A stretch of DNA of 55,986 nucleotides. Origin: a virus (taxonomy: Duplodnaviria; Caudoviricetes). The stretch spans positions 1-55,986 of the IMG/VR virus record IMGVR_UViG_3300025127_005641; one strand, given 5' to 3'. Shown one piece after another: positions 26,351 through 36,473 of this stretch. The notes under the pieces are model-generated. The model did no database searches, was not told where the DNA came from, and saw only the letters and a program-made list of their open reading frames with translations. How positions within the stretch are numbered: position 1 is the first letter of the stretch; each line of letters opens with the position of its first letter. The translations under genes were made by a program, and so were the position numbers.

Positions 26351-26358
26351 TATAAATA
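26351..26358 (+). promoter_or_regulatory. T4-type late promoter TATAAATA
   Basis: Exact consensus upstream of structural gene. Confidence 0.75.
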
Positions 26359-26391
26359 TCTTTAGAAAAGAATTTTTAATAGGTAAAAAAC

Positions 26392-26949
26392 ATGGCTCTT
26401 TGGGGAAATAACGATAATGTAACCTCAGCTGGAGTGGTAACAGTGAGTTATGATGATTTGACTGTTACTGGAGATGGAACTGCTTTTGGTGCTGTCGGAT
26501 CCGCTAAAACTGGTGATGTAATAAGATTTGGTTTTAGAGGTGATAAAGTCAGTGCTGGAACTACATATTTTGGTGATGCTGTTATTAGTGGTATTACGAG
26601 TGCTACCTTATTGAGCATTGCTTCCACTGCAGGTCTTAGTGGGGCTGCAATTGGTGGTGCTGGTGGTACTGCTTTTTATATAAGTGAACTTCCATCATCT
26701 ACCGTAGGTGATTTTAGTTATAGTGAGAAAAATTCTGGATACGATAAAGTAGTCTATGGTATTAGTGATGCAACCTCCCAACTATATGATGGAAGTAGTA
26801 GTGAATTTAGAACAAGTGGTTCTGGTTGGGTAGGTGTTACAACTTATATTGACAGACATAATAATCTCAGAGTTAAATCTGAAATATTAGTTGCTACATC
26901 TGGTATCACAACTGGTTCTAACGGAATTGCTTATCCAACTAACGAATAA
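26392..26949 (+). CDS. putative virion structural protein
   Basis: MALWG start, G/S/T-rich, GWVGVTTYID...RVKSEILVA; late promoter. Confidence 0.7.
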   Translation: MALWGNNDNVTSAGVVTVSYDDLTVTGDGTAFGAVGSAKTGDVIRFGFRGDKVSAGTTYFGDAVISGITSATLLSIASTAGLSGAAIGGAGGTAFYISELPSSTVGDFSYSEKNSGYDKVVYGISDATSQLYDGSSSEFRTSGSGWVGVTTYIDRHNNLRVKSEILVATSGITTGSNGIAYPTNE

Positions 26950-26965
26950 TTTAATATAATATGAT

Positions 26966-27337
26966 ATGAAGTTTAATGAATTGAATGAGAGCAATTATAT
27001 GCTCTTTGCTATAAAATTCTATGATAATCCACAGGCATTAACAAAAGAAGATTTTGAGGATGATTTAAAACGTATTAAATATATTAAAAGATTATTTAAA
27101 CGCTATAAAAATACAGGTGAACTTAAAGTTCATCTCATATTAAATCATCTCACAGTTTTATTTAATGTTTTTAATGATGCTGCGGTACCTTTACTATTCT
27201 ATAATTTAGAAGAAGAACTTTGGCCTTATTTGAAAAGTTTTCTCGTATTTTTGAATAGAATATCTGAATACCCTAAAACTGAAATTAATTTAATAGAAAC
27301 AGATAATAATTGTTTATCTTTACTAAAGGCAATTTAA
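26966..27337 (+). CDS. conserved T4-like hypothetical protein
   Basis: FAIKFYDNPQ...DLKRIKYIKRLF...HLILNH. Confidence 0.78.
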   Translation: MKFNELNESNYMLFAIKFYDNPQALTKEDFEDDLKRIKYIKRLFKRYKNTGELKVHLILNHLTVLFNVFNDAAVPLLFYNLEEELWPYLKSFLVFLNRISEYPKTEINLIETDNNCLSLLKAI

Positions 27338-27564
27338 TGGATAATAATATTAAATCTCCCATAGAAAATGTAAGTGATATAGTTCGTAAGTATCGTCTTC
27401 AAGAAGATGCACCTACAAATTCTGTTGGAGGAGGTGCCATTGCTGGAACCTCTCAAGCTGGCGATGATCCACCAGTTGATTTGAGAAAAAAGAAAATGAG
27501 AGACTGGAATCCATTTTTTAAAGACCTAGCAAGAATTCAAAGAAGAACAAAGAATAAAAAATAA
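27337..27564 (+). CDS. hypothetical protein
   Basis: LQEDAPTNSVGGGAIAG...GDDPPV; TAATG coupling. Confidence 0.65.
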   Translation: MDNNIKSPIENVSDIVRKYRLQEDAPTNSVGGGAIAGTSQAGDDPPVDLRKKKMRDWNPFFKDLARIQRRTKNKK

Positions 27565-27570
27565 AAATTT

Positions 27571-27600
27571 AAAAAAGATCTTTTCGGAGGTCTTTTTTTT
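27571..27600. terminator. intrinsic terminator, possibly bidirectional
   Basis: A-run, AGATCTT-ttcg-GAGGTCT stem-loop, T-run. Confidence 0.8.
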
Positions 27601-27632
27601 GTCTAAATAATTATATAATAATTGAGGTCATT

Positions 27633-27896
27633 ATGGCAAAAGGTACAGCAGCAAAGTCTGCAAGCGGAGCAGCAATGTCTAAGTATGATGTTGAAGTAGA
27701 AGCAAGACTTAAAGCATTAGAAGCACAAGCACATCCAATACCTACTGGTGCTACTCAGAAAAAAGTTGATGATAGACTTACTGCTTTAGAGAATGCAGTT
27801 AAGGAACTTCAATCATCTGGTGGTGGTAGTAGTGATGCATCTGATCATGATAAAATTATTGAACTTGAAGAAAAAATAAACAAACTCTGGAATTGA
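27633..27896 (+). CDS. coiled-coil hypothetical protein
   Basis: MSKYDVEVEARLKALE; late promoter CTAAATA at 27603. Confidence 0.7.
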   Translation: MAKGTAAKSASGAAMSKYDVEVEARLKALEAQAHPIPTGATQKKVDDRLTALENAVKELQSSGGGSSDASDHDKIIELEEKINKLWN

Positions 27897-27927
27897 CAAA
27901 TGTCTAATATTTCAAATAAACTATAGA

Positions 27928-28317
27928 ATGGAAAATAATAATTCAAATGCTAACGCTGCTTTATTAGAACGATTAGAGAAAGTAATTGATACTCTTAGTG
28001 ATAATTCTATTAAGATGGGGCAGATGCTTGCTGTCCATGATGAAAAATTAGACAAACAGGATAGAATAGATGCGGTATTATTTGAGAAGATTGAATCGTT
28101 ACACAAGGACTTGGAAAGGTCAACTACAGAGATTAAGAAGGGGTGTGAGAGAGATATTCGTAAGGTAGATGACAGACTTCGTGTAATGGAAAAAAAGATG
28201 TGGAGTATATTCGGTGCATTAAGTATAATAAGTTTTCTTGTTAGTCCAGTGGGACAAAGAATTTTAGGTTCGGTATTGACACCATCAGTAGAAACAAGTA
28301 TAATACAGAAAAAATAA
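27928..28317 (+). CDS. coiled-coil protein with C-terminal TM helix
   Basis: MGQMLAVHDEKL...DDRLRVMEKKMW followed by hydrophobic segment. Confidence 0.72.
   Translation: MENNNSNANAALLERLEKVIDTLSDNSIKMGQMLAVHDEKLDKQDRIDAVLFEKIESLHKDLERSTTEIKKGCERDIRKVDDRLRVMEKKMWSIFGALSIISFLVSPVGQRILGSVLTPSVETSIIQKK
28276..28304 (+). promoter_or_regulatory. sigma70-type promoter for the primase/nrd block
   Basis: TTGACA-N17-TATAAT perfect consensus. Confidence 0.72.
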
Positions 28318-28327
28318 TTACTATAGA

Positions 28328-28801
28328 ATGAGTGAAGTTGAATTTAGGAAACATCGTGTGTTCCGTGAAACACAGGATGTTATTTTTTATGATATATCTG
28401 TAGATGAATCAAATGCAGCTGACCTTGTTGTTCATACTGATGCTGCTATATCACCTCCAGATGACACTGTAGGAGCAAAACAATTTTACCTACACAAATA
28501 TCAAGATGACTATAATCGAGTAGTCTCAGGGGAAAGAACCTTTGAATTAGTTAACTTTGGTTGGAAGTATCGCTATCATATTGTTCATTTAAATCGTCAG
28601 AGTGGTGCATTGGTCATACCACGGAATACATATCATCGTTCAATATCAGGAGAGAAAGGTTCAATTGTAATTAATCAGGCAAAAAGATATGAAGGTTTTA
28701 AGGCATCAGAGGAATTTATACCAAGATCTTGTGCTATTAATCCAGATTTATATGCTATACTATTAACAGAAAAACCTGTCATTCATACTTTAGGTGAGTA
28801 A
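28328..28801 (+). CDS. cupin-fold hypothetical protein
   Basis: FYLHKYQDDYNRVVSGERTFELV...LVIPRNTYHRS. Confidence 0.6.
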   Translation: MSEVEFRKHRVFRETQDVIFYDISVDESNAADLVVHTDAAISPPDDTVGAKQFYLHKYQDDYNRVVSGERTFELVNFGWKYRYHIVHLNRQSGALVIPRNTYHRSISGEKGSIVINQAKRYEGFKASEEFIPRSCAINPDLYAILLTEKPVIHTLGE

Positions 28802-29772
28802 TGGATATTATTGATTCCAAATATATTGGTCTCGTATCTTCAAGACTTCAGAAATTTAAAAGAGTTAAAGCAGATCTTTTTAATTTTCGTTGTCCAATCT
28901 GTGGTGATTCTCAGAAGCACAAAAATAAAGCAAGAGGGTATTTTTACCAAATCAAGACAAACACTAATTACAAGTGTCATAACTGCGGTGCTAGTTTGTC
29001 GTTTAATAATTTTCTTAAACAGATTGATACAACACTTCATAAACAATATTGTCTTGAGAAGTTTAAAGAGGGTCATACTGGTAAAAATTTTGTTATTGAT
29101 GAACCTAAGTTTGATTTTAAGAAACCAGTCTTTGAAAAAAAATTAGATTTACCAAAGGCATCAGAGGTTCCTATTGCTAAACAATATCTTGAAAAAAGAA
29201 AATTAGATCCCACTAAGTTTTACTTTGCTCATAAGTTTAAGAAGTGGGTAAACACTCAAAAACAAACATTTGATACCATTACTAGAGATGAAAGTAGAAT
29301 CATTATACCAATGTATGATGTGGAAAGTAACCTTATCGGTTTTCAGGGAAGAAGTCTAGGCCCAAACTTTGTTAAATATATTACCATCATGATTAATGAT
29401 GATGCTCCAAAAATTTACGGATTAGATAAAATCAATGAAACAAAACCGATTTACATTGTTGAAGGACCGTTTGACTCCCTCTTCGTGGATAATTCCGTGG
29501 CGATGTGTGGGAGTGACCTTGATCCTCGGACGTTTGGTTGGAGCAATTATATTTGGGTTTATGATAACGAACCTCGTAACAGAGAAATCCTCAACAGAAT
29601 CTCAAAAACAATTGATAGAGGAGATAAGGTTATCATCTGGCCAGATGAAATAGTTGAAAAAGATATTAATGATATGATACTCTCTGGACATAATATAATG
29701 TCTATATTAAAATTAAATACATATTCAAACTTAGAAGCAAAAGTAAAATTTAACAACTGGAAAAAGGTATGA
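28801..29772 (+). CDS. g61: DNA primase gp61
   Basis: Zn finger CPICGDS...CHNC, IVEGPFDS, YDNEPRN, KDINDM. Confidence 0.95.
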   Translation: MDIIDSKYIGLVSSRLQKFKRVKADLFNFRCPICGDSQKHKNKARGYFYQIKTNTNYKCHNCGASLSFNNFLKQIDTTLHKQYCLEKFKEGHTGKNFVIDEPKFDFKKPVFEKKLDLPKASEVPIAKQYLEKRKLDPTKFYFAHKFKKWVNTQKQTFDTITRDESRIIIPMYDVESNLIGFQGRSLGPNFVKYITIMINDDAPKIYGLDKINETKPIYIVEGPFDSLFVDNSVAMCGSDLDPRTFGWSNYIWVYDNEPRNREILNRISKTIDRGDKVIIWPDEIVEKDINDMILSGHNIMSILKLNTYSNLEAKVKFNNWKKV

Positions 29773-32102
29773 GCAACGGCACCAAAGTTAAGAAAAGGAA
29801 TGGTTCAATTGAACCTCTTAACCTTGAAAAAATGCATGTTATGGTAGAACAGGCATGTGATGGATTAGCAGCAGTTTCTGCTAGTCAAGTAGAAATTCAA
29901 TCAGGTCTTCAACTCTATGATGGGATTACGACACAAGAAATACAGGACATACTTATTCGTAGTGCCTCTGATCTTATAGATTTAGATCATCCTAATTATC
30001 AGTTTGTTGCTGCTAGGCTTCTTCTTTTTGCTTTAAGAAAACAATTATATGGTAGGATACATGAAAATCCTTTAGTCAAAGATCATGTTGCAAAATGTGT
30101 AGAGAAGGGTGTATATGATCCAGAATTAATGGTATTATATACAGATGAAGAATTTGAGAAACTTCAATCATTTATAGATCATGATCGTGATTATCTTTTT
30201 ACTTATGCAGGTCTTCGTCAGGTAGTTGACAAATATCTAGTACAAGATAGAAGCACTGGAAATGTGTATGAAACACCACAGTTCATGTATCTTTTGATAT
30301 CTGCAACCATATTCTCTAAATATCCAAAAGAAACAAGATTAGACTACGTTAAAAAGTATTATGACGCAATCTCCAAACACAGAATCAACATCCCAACCCC
30401 AATCATGGCAGGGGTCAGAACACCCATTCGTCAGTTTGCATCTTGTGTTCTGGTTGATATTGATGACACCCTCGATAGTATCTTTAGCAGTGATATGGCT
30501 ATTGGCAAATATGTCGCACAGAGGGCTGGTATCGGTATCAACGCAGGTAGGATCAGGGGTATCAACAGTAAAATCAGGGGTGGAGAAGTTCAACACACAG
30601 GTGTTGTTCCCTTCCTTAAAAAGTTCGAGGCAACTGTTCGGTGCTGTACTCAAAACGGCATTAGAGGGGGATCAGCCACTGTCCACTTTCCTATCTGGCA
30701 TCAGGAAATCCAAGACATCCTCGTGCTCAAAAACAACAAAGGAACAGAAGACAACAGAGTTAGAAAGTTAGATTACAGTATACAAATATCAAAATTATTT
30801 TATGAACGTTTCTGTAACAACCAAGAGATATCTCTTTTTAGTCCACATAACGTACCTGGTCTCTATGATAGTTTTGGGACTGATAGCTTCGACGATCTTT
30901 ACACACAATTTGAAAGAGACTTATCAATTCCAAGAACAAAAATTAGTGCTCAAGAACTTATATTAGACCTCTTGAAAGAAAGAGCAGAAACTGGTAGAAT
31001 ATACATTATGAATATTGACCATTGTAATTCTCACTCATCCTTCTTGGATAAGGTAGAGATGAGCAACTTGTGTCAAGAAATTACGTTACCAACTAAACCT
31101 ATTAATCATATTGACGATGAAAATGGAGAAATTGCTCTCTGCATTCTTTCTGCTATTAATCTTGGCAAAATTAGGGATGTTTCGGATCTTGAAAGCCTTT
31201 GTGATCTTACTGTTAGGAGCCTTGATGAACTTATTGATTTTCAAGGATATCCCGTCAGGGCAGCAGAAATCGCTACAAAGTCACGTAGATCCCTCGGAGT
31301 TGGTTTTATAGGTCTAGCACATTATCTTGCTAAGAATGGTGTTAAATATGAAGATAAGCAAGCATGGGAGTTAGTGCATCAAGTAACAGAAGCATTCCAA
31401 TATAATCTTATCAAAGCATCAGTTAACCTTGCAAAAGAAAAAGGTAGGTGTGATTATTCTGATAGGACAAAGTATGCTCAAGGTATTCTTCCAATAGATA
31501 CTTATAAAATAGATGTTAATGATATAGTTTCCAATGAACTTAAATGTGATTGGGAATTTCTTAGAGAAGAAGTTATGAAATATGGTATTCGTAATAGCAC
31601 ATTATCTGCTCAGATGCCCTCAGAATCCTCCTCTGTAGTTTGTAATGCCACCAATGGTATTGAACCTCCAAGAGGTTATTTGTCTATTAAAAAATCAAAG
31701 AAAGGACCACTTAAGCAGATAGTTCCATCTTATGGAACTTTGAAAAATAATTATACGTTGCTGTGGGATATGCCTAGCAATACTGGTTATATTAACATAG
31801 TTGCAGTTATGCAAAAGTTTTTTGATCAAGCAATTAGTGGGAACTGGAGTTATAATCCAGAACATTATCCAGATAATGAAGTTCCTGTTAGTGTGATGGC
31901 ACAAGATCTTCTAACCACTTATAAGTTAGGGTGGAAAACATCATACTATCAAAATACTTATGATGTAAAGACTGATGAAATTGATTTATCAGTTTCTAAT
32001 AATGAAGACGGTGTTGGTATTCAAGGACATACACAATTACAATCTTTGGTTGATGATATACTAAATTCTGAAGAGGAGGTTTGTGAAAGCTGTGCCATCT
32101 AA
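29769..32102 (+). CDS. nrdA: ribonucleotide reductase class Ia alpha subunit
   Basis: ATP cone, PTPIMAG, FASCV, SNLCQEI, C-terminal CESC. Confidence 0.97.
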   Translation: MSNGTKVKKRNGSIEPLNLEKMHVMVEQACDGLAAVSASQVEIQSGLQLYDGITTQEIQDILIRSASDLIDLDHPNYQFVAARLLLFALRKQLYGRIHENPLVKDHVAKCVEKGVYDPELMVLYTDEEFEKLQSFIDHDRDYLFTYAGLRQVVDKYLVQDRSTGNVYETPQFMYLLISATIFSKYPKETRLDYVKKYYDAISKHRINIPTPIMAGVRTPIRQFASCVLVDIDDTLDSIFSSDMAIGKYVAQRAGIGINAGRIRGINSKIRGGEVQHTGVVPFLKKFEATVRCCTQNGIRGGSATVHFPIWHQEIQDILVLKNNKGTEDNRVRKLDYSIQISKLFYERFCNNQEISLFSPHNVPGLYDSFGTDSFDDLYTQFERDLSIPRTKISAQELILDLLKERAETGRIYIMNIDHCNSHSSFLDKVEMSNLCQEITLPTKPINHIDDENGEIALCILSAINLGKIRDVSDLESLCDLTVRSLDELIDFQGYPVRAAEIATKSRRSLGVGFIGLAHYLAKNGVKYEDKQAWELVHQVTEAFQYNLIKASVNLAKEKGRCDYSDRTKYAQGILPIDTYKIDVNDIVSNELKCDWEFLREEVMKYGIRNSTLSAQMPSESSSVVCNATNGIEPPRGYLSIKKSKKGPLKQIVPSYGTLKNNYTLLWDMPSNTGYINIVAVMQKFFDQAISGNWSYNPEHYPDNEVPVSVMAQDLLTTYKLGWKTSYYQNTYDVKTDEIDLSVSNNEDGVGIQGHTQLQSLVDDILNSEEEVCESCAI

Positions 32103-33243
32103 AGTAGAAAATATGACGGTATTTAATACCAACGAGGTTAATACTAAGAAACAACCAATGTTTTTTGGTGCTCCATTAGGAGTGCAACGCTATGATACCT
32201 ACAAGTATCCTGCATTTGAAAATTTAACTAAGTCTCAGTTAGGATATTTCTGGAGACCCGAAGAGGTTTCATTACAAAAAGATAGAGGAGACTATCAACA
32301 GTTACGTCCAGAACAGAAACATATCTTTACTTCTAACTTGAAGTATCAGACTATGCTTGATAGTGTTCAGGGTAGAGCACCTGGTATGGCATTTGCTCCA
32401 TACTGTTCTCTTCCTGAATTGGAGGGGTGTATGAATGTGTGGCAACTTATGGAGATGATCCACAGTCGTTCTTATACATATATTATTAAAAATATATACT
32501 CAGATCCTTCTGAGGTATTTGATACTATTCTTAATGATGAAAAAATCTTAGAACGTGCTGGAAGTGTTACTAAAGCATATGATGATTTTATCAACTATGC
32601 ACAGGAATGGGCTAGTGGTAATTTATGGAGAAAAGATAGTCAAGGATCTCCATCTGCTGATTGGACACGTAAAGATCTTAAAAAACATTTATACAGGGCA
32701 GTCGCTAATGTCAACATCTTGGAGGGTATTCGTTTTTACGTATCTTTTGCTTGCTCTTTTGCTTTCGGTGAACTCAAGCTCATGGAAGGATCCGCAAAAA
32801 TCATATCCCTCATTGCGAGAGATGAGAACCAACACCTTGCAATCACCCAAAACATATTAAACAATTGGAGAAAAGGTGATGATCCAGAAATGATTGAAAT
32901 TGTTAAGGAAGAAGAACCTTGGTTAATTCAGGCATTTAAGAATACTGTAGATGAGGAAAAAAGATGGGCACAATATCTTTTTAAAGATGGATCTATGATT
33001 GGATTGAATGATAAACTCCTTCATCAATATGTTGAATGGGTTGCTAATCGTAGAATAAAAGCATTAAAAATTAAACCAATCTATGATATACCTGCAAAAA
33101 ATAATCCATTACCTTGGACAGAACATTGGATATCTTCTAAGGGTCTTCAAGTGGCACCACAAGAAACAGAAGTTGAATCCTACATTGTTGGAGGAATCAA
33201 ACAAGATGTCAAAAAAGACACTTTCTCAGGATTTAAACTCTAA
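32083..33243 (+). CDS. nrdB: ribonucleotide reductase beta subunit
   Basis: FWRPEEV, EMIHSRSY, LEGIRFYVSF, RDENQH, VAPQETE. Confidence 0.97.
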   Translation: MKAVPSKVENMTVFNTNEVNTKKQPMFFGAPLGVQRYDTYKYPAFENLTKSQLGYFWRPEEVSLQKDRGDYQQLRPEQKHIFTSNLKYQTMLDSVQGRAPGMAFAPYCSLPELEGCMNVWQLMEMIHSRSYTYIIKNIYSDPSEVFDTILNDEKILERAGSVTKAYDDFINYAQEWASGNLWRKDSQGSPSADWTRKDLKKHLYRAVANVNILEGIRFYVSFACSFAFGELKLMEGSAKIISLIARDENQHLAITQNILNNWRKGDDPEMIEIVKEEEPWLIQAFKNTVDEEKRWAQYLFKDGSMIGLNDKLLHQYVEWVANRRIKALKIKPIYDIPAKNNPLPWTEHWISSKGLQVAPQETEVESYIVGGIKQDVKKDTFSGFKL

Positions 33244-33326
33244 AGAGATTGTCTGGGATATTGAAGAACTTAAAAAATCAATTCGTGATGCTGCGGATGA
33301 TTATGATAAACTAGTTGGAGGTTAAA

Positions 33327-33488
33327 ATGATGAGCCCTTTCGGTAATGTATTAAACACAAGAGAAACTTATAGTAAATTTTATCAAAAAATTTATACTGA
33401 GGTTGAAGTGCAGTTTAAGAATGAAAATCCTACTTGGATTCCTTTAGATACTTTGTTAGCAATTAAAGAACTAAATAACGAAGAATGA
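33327..33488 (+). CDS. small hypothetical protein
   Basis: 53-aa ORF ...TEVEVQFKNENPTWIPLDTLLAI with GGAGG SD. Confidence 0.55.
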   Translation: MMSPFGNVLNTRETYSKFYQKIYTEVEVQFKNENPTWIPLDTLLAIKELNNEE

Positions 33489-33501
33489 TATAAATTATGA
33501 A

Positions 33502-33951
33502 ATGGAAGGAGATTATGAAAATCCCTGGTACTACAAAGGTACAACTTTCACTTCTGACGATATTGGCAATTTCTTCGGTTACGTCTACAGGATTACTAAT
33601 ATACAAAATGGTAGACAATACATCGGAAGAAAGTATTTCTACCAGAAACGAAAACCTAAAGGAGGCAAGCGACGTGTTACGTCAGAGTCTGACTGGAAGC
33701 GGTATTACGGAAGCTCTGACGAACTTAAACAAGACGTTAAAGAATACGGTAAAGATAATTTCAGAAGAGAAATCATATCCCTCCACAAAACCCTTGGAAA
33801 AGTAAACTACGAAGAGACAAAACAGTTATTCCTACACAATGTGTTGATGGAAGCACTTGACGACGGGACACCGATGTATTATAATAGTAACATTCTTGGT
33901 AGATATATGAAAAAAGATTATGGAAACTTTGGAACAAATACTTCAACATAA
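33502..33951 (+). CDS. GIY-YIG endonuclease (endonuclease II-like)
   Basis: FGYVYRITN...YIGRK, SDWKRYYGSS, YYNSNI. Confidence 0.85.
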   Translation: MEGDYENPWYYKGTTFTSDDIGNFFGYVYRITNIQNGRQYIGRKYFYQKRKPKGGKRRVTSESDWKRYYGSSDELKQDVKEYGKDNFRREIISLHKTLGKVNYEETKQLFLHNVLMEALDDGTPMYYNSNILGRYMKKDYGNFGTNTST

Positions 33952-34114
33952 TCATACATGGGTTCTTGATAGAGTTGCTAAATTAAGTGTGGCTAAGAAA
34001 CATGATGATGCATTTAGTATTGTTCAAGAATTTGAAGAATGGTTAGATCCTGATGCAAAAGATCATGCTATTTTTTCTTTAGAGTATATTGGAGAAGGTA
34101 GTGAGTATGACTAA
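33920..34114 (+). CDS. hypothetical protein
   Basis: ORF with EFEEWLD. Confidence 0.6.
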   Translation: METLEQILQHNHTWVLDRVAKLSVAKKHDDAFSIVQEFEEWLDPDAKDHAIFSLEYIGEGSEYD

Positions 34115-34138
34115 ATAAAATACTTGAAAAATAAAAAA

Positions 34139-34402
34139 ATGCAAAAATTAATTAATGTACTTGCTCTTGCGTCTTTCGCTGTATCTGGTGCCGTTGTTGG
34201 TGGTGGGGTATATCTATATCTCAATAGGGCATCCATCATTGATGGAGTTAAATCTCAAATTATGGAATCAGTTACTGGATCTTTGGGAGGTTTTGGAGGA
34301 TTGGGTGGTGAGTCTACACTCCCACTAGGATCTGACAATTCACCATCTATACCACAAACTGGAATTGGTCTTCCTACTCCAAGTTCTGGTCTTGGTTTTT
34401 AA
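34139..34402 (+). CDS. membrane-anchored hypothetical protein
   Basis: MQKLINVLALASFAVSGAVVGGG; late promoter CTAAATA at 34111. Confidence 0.7.
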   Translation: MQKLINVLALASFAVSGAVVGGGVYLYLNRASIIDGVKSQIMESVTGSLGGFGGLGGESTLPLGSDNSPSIPQTGIGLPTPSSGLGF

Positions 34403-34441
34403 TTTGAATATACCTATATATCAATAGGTATTAATATTCTC

Positions 34442-34858
34442 ATGGCTGAAGCAGTTAAAAAAGAAGAACCAAAAAAGAAAGGTATCATTAGTAAAATCAA
34501 AGAAGGTATTGATGATAAGGAAGAGCAACTGGCATTCTTATCTACAATCGTAAGACTTTCTGTTCTTGTATGGTCTGCAGGAATCCTAACTTTAGCATAT
34601 GTTAAGTTGCCAACTGCATTTAATATACCAGAGCAAAAACTGGATCCGACATTTATAGCCTCAGTTTTCACAGGAACCTTGGCTACTTTCGGAGTTCAAG
34701 CAGCAGGTAAGAAGAAAAATGGTGCTGATGGTAGTGGTAGTGCAAATATTTCTAAGAAAGATATGGAGTTTCTGATTGCAAAAGCATCTGAAACTGCACC
34801 TGCACAGACTATTCGTATCGAACAAGGTCCTGTAAAAATTGTTCCTGATGTAAAATAG
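34442..34858 (+). CDS. two-TM membrane protein
   Basis: LVWSAGILTLAYV...DPTFIASVFTGTLATFGV. Confidence 0.72.
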   Translation: MAEAVKKEEPKKKGIISKIKEGIDDKEEQLAFLSTIVRLSVLVWSAGILTLAYVKLPTAFNIPEQKLDPTFIASVFTGTLATFGVQAAGKKKNGADGSGSANISKKDMEFLIAKASETAPAQTIRIEQGPVKIVPDVK

Positions 34859-34859
34859 T

Positions 34860-35015
34860 ATGTGGAATTTTAATTTAAAAAAATCTTTTCACGATCTTAA
34901 AGAATGGGATAAAAAATGGACAAAAAAATTTCAAGACAAGTTTAACTTGACTGATTATCAAATGCTTTGTTTGGCATTTGTAAAAGGATTTGCTATTGGT
35001 GCAATTATACTTTAA
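34860..35015 (+). CDS. small membrane protein
   Basis: KEWDKKWTKKFQDKFNLTDYQMLCLAF; TAATG coupling. Confidence 0.6.
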   Translation: MWNFNLKKSFHDLKEWDKKWTKKFQDKFNLTDYQMLCLAFVKGFAIGAIIL

Positions 35016-35245
35016 TGGAATTAAATGATGAAAATATAATAACAGTCCTTGAAGAACTTTTACCTTACATAGAGGCAGATGGTGGGTATTTACAGTATGT
35101 TGAGACTGAAGATAGTTATGTTAAGGTAAGACTTGGCGGTGCATGTGAGACATGTGCCATGAGTGTTATGACTTTGAAACAGGGTATAGAAAAAAAATTA
35201 ATGATGGAGATTCCTGATGTAAAAGGGGTTATTCAGGTTCTCTAA
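35015..35245 (+). CDS. NifU/NfuA-like Fe-S cluster carrier
   Basis: PYIEADGG, RLGGACETCAMS (CxxC), TLKQGIE. Confidence 0.88.
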   Translation: MELNDENIITVLEELLPYIEADGGYLQYVETEDSYVKVRLGGACETCAMSVMTLKQGIEKKLMMEIPDVKGVIQVL

Positions 35246-35294
35246 CATAGTCAGGAAGTCCACACTAAACTAAGCAAAATTACTCATTCTATGC

Positions 35295-35302
35295 TATAAA
35301 TA
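35295..35302 (+). promoter_or_regulatory. T4-type late promoter TATAAATA
   Basis: Exact consensus in intergenic region. Confidence 0.7.
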
Positions 35303-35327
35303 TTTTTTAGTACGGGATTGAAAGATC

Positions 35328-35504
35328 ATGCCCCTAACACAACAAAAGCATTACATAGTCGGTTATCACGACCTACAAAACAATCATTACGAAATCTGCG
35401 AGTACGCAGATGATGCATATCACGCAATAAAACAAGCAAAAGAGGATCTGCCTAGCATAAAGGCAAGTCCTCTTTCTTGTGAGTATTGTATTAAGGAGGA
35501 TTAA
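35328..35504 (+). CDS. small hypothetical protein
   Basis: 58-aa ORF MPLTQQKHYIVGYHD...EICEYADDAYHAI. Confidence 0.62.
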   Translation: MPLTQQKHYIVGYHDLQNNHYEICEYADDAYHAIKQAKEDLPSIKASPLSCEYCIKED

Positions 35505-35506
35505 TA

Positions 35507-35611
35507 ATGAAAAACCTCCCCATCAGATCAACCTGTATTATCTTTGGTTTGATTTGTGGAACAGCAGCGTTCCTTATACCAATGGCATGGGCCCATCCAA
35601 TATTAGTATAA
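35507..35611 (+). CDS. 34-aa hydrophobic peptide
   Basis: MKNLPIRSTCIIFGLICG...; strong AAGGAGG SD. Confidence 0.5.
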   Translation: MKNLPIRSTCIIFGLICGTAAFLIPMAWAHPILV

Positions 35612-35640
35612 GTATATATACTCATAGATACTAATTTAGA

Positions 35641-36144
35641 ATGAAAAAATTTAATACAACAGTTTTAGATATCACAATCTATATCTTAGACTTTCTTTAT
35701 AGAGGTAGAGACTTTCAAAGGTTCTGGGTATTAGAAGTAATTGCAAGAGCACCTTACTTTGCATTCATATCTGTGTTACATTTTCGTGAAAGTCTTGGAC
35801 TGCGTGGAGAAGAACACGTATATCTAATGAAGGAACACTTCTATCAGGCACTCAATGAAACAGAACATCTGGAAGAAATGGAGCTTAGAGAAGGTAACAA
35901 GTATTGGGTTGACCGCTTCTTTGCCAAACATCTTGTTTTACTTTATTATTGGATTATGGTTGGGTACTATCTTTTCAATCCTGTTAACGCTTACGACATC
36001 AACATGAAGATTGAGAAACATGCATTTGAAACCTATACAAAATACAGTGCATACCATCCCTTAGATACTAAGATTGCAGAGATTGCTCAAGATGAATATG
36101 AGCATTCCAAAGAATTACAAAAAGCGATGATGATGGTTGCATAG
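35641..36144 (+). CDS. ptoX: plastoquinol terminal oxidase
   Basis: RFWVLEVIARAPYF, NETEHL, IEKHA, DEYEH di-iron motifs. Confidence 0.93.
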   Translation: MKKFNTTVLDITIYILDFLYRGRDFQRFWVLEVIARAPYFAFISVLHFRESLGLRGEEHVYLMKEHFYQALNETEHLEEMELREGNKYWVDRFFAKHLVLLYYWIMVGYYLFNPVNAYDINMKIEKHAFETYTKYSAYHPLDTKIAEIAQDEYEHSKELQKAMMMVA

Positions 36145-36170
36145 ATAATACTAATCACATATATTAGTTT

Positions 36171-36473
36171 ATGTTATCAACCGCATATCGCCTTCGGTTA
36201 GAAGGTATCTGTAAATCTATTGCAGCAAATCAAGAAGTAAGTTTAGATGATATGATATGGGCAGAAAAATTAGCAAAGGCAAACACATCAGCGAGAGGTA
36301 TGTTGTCATCAGCAAGAAGATTAACAACGGATACAGACTCAACTTTTCTTAAGTACTTGGATATAGGAGACTCGGATCCAAGGAAACATAAAAAGGGTTT
36401 CGGTGGTGCAGATGATATAGCAGATTGGTTCCGTAATGATAAGAGATCAGATGATTGGAGACAACGTGACTAA
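36171..36473 (+). CDS. conserved cyanophage hypothetical protein
   Basis: MLSTAYRLRLEGIC...DDWRQRD. Confidence 0.75.
   Translation: MLSTAYRLRLEGICKSIAANQEVSLDDMIWAEKLAKANTSARGMLSSARRLTTDTDSTFLKYLDIGDSDPRKHKKGFGGADDIADWFRNDKRSDDWRQRD

Noticed and set aside
33502-33951. GIY-YIG gene as a mobile homing endonuclease
   Set aside because: Short, without a C-terminal DNA-binding repeat; its position after nrdB fits a core endonuclease II-like gene.
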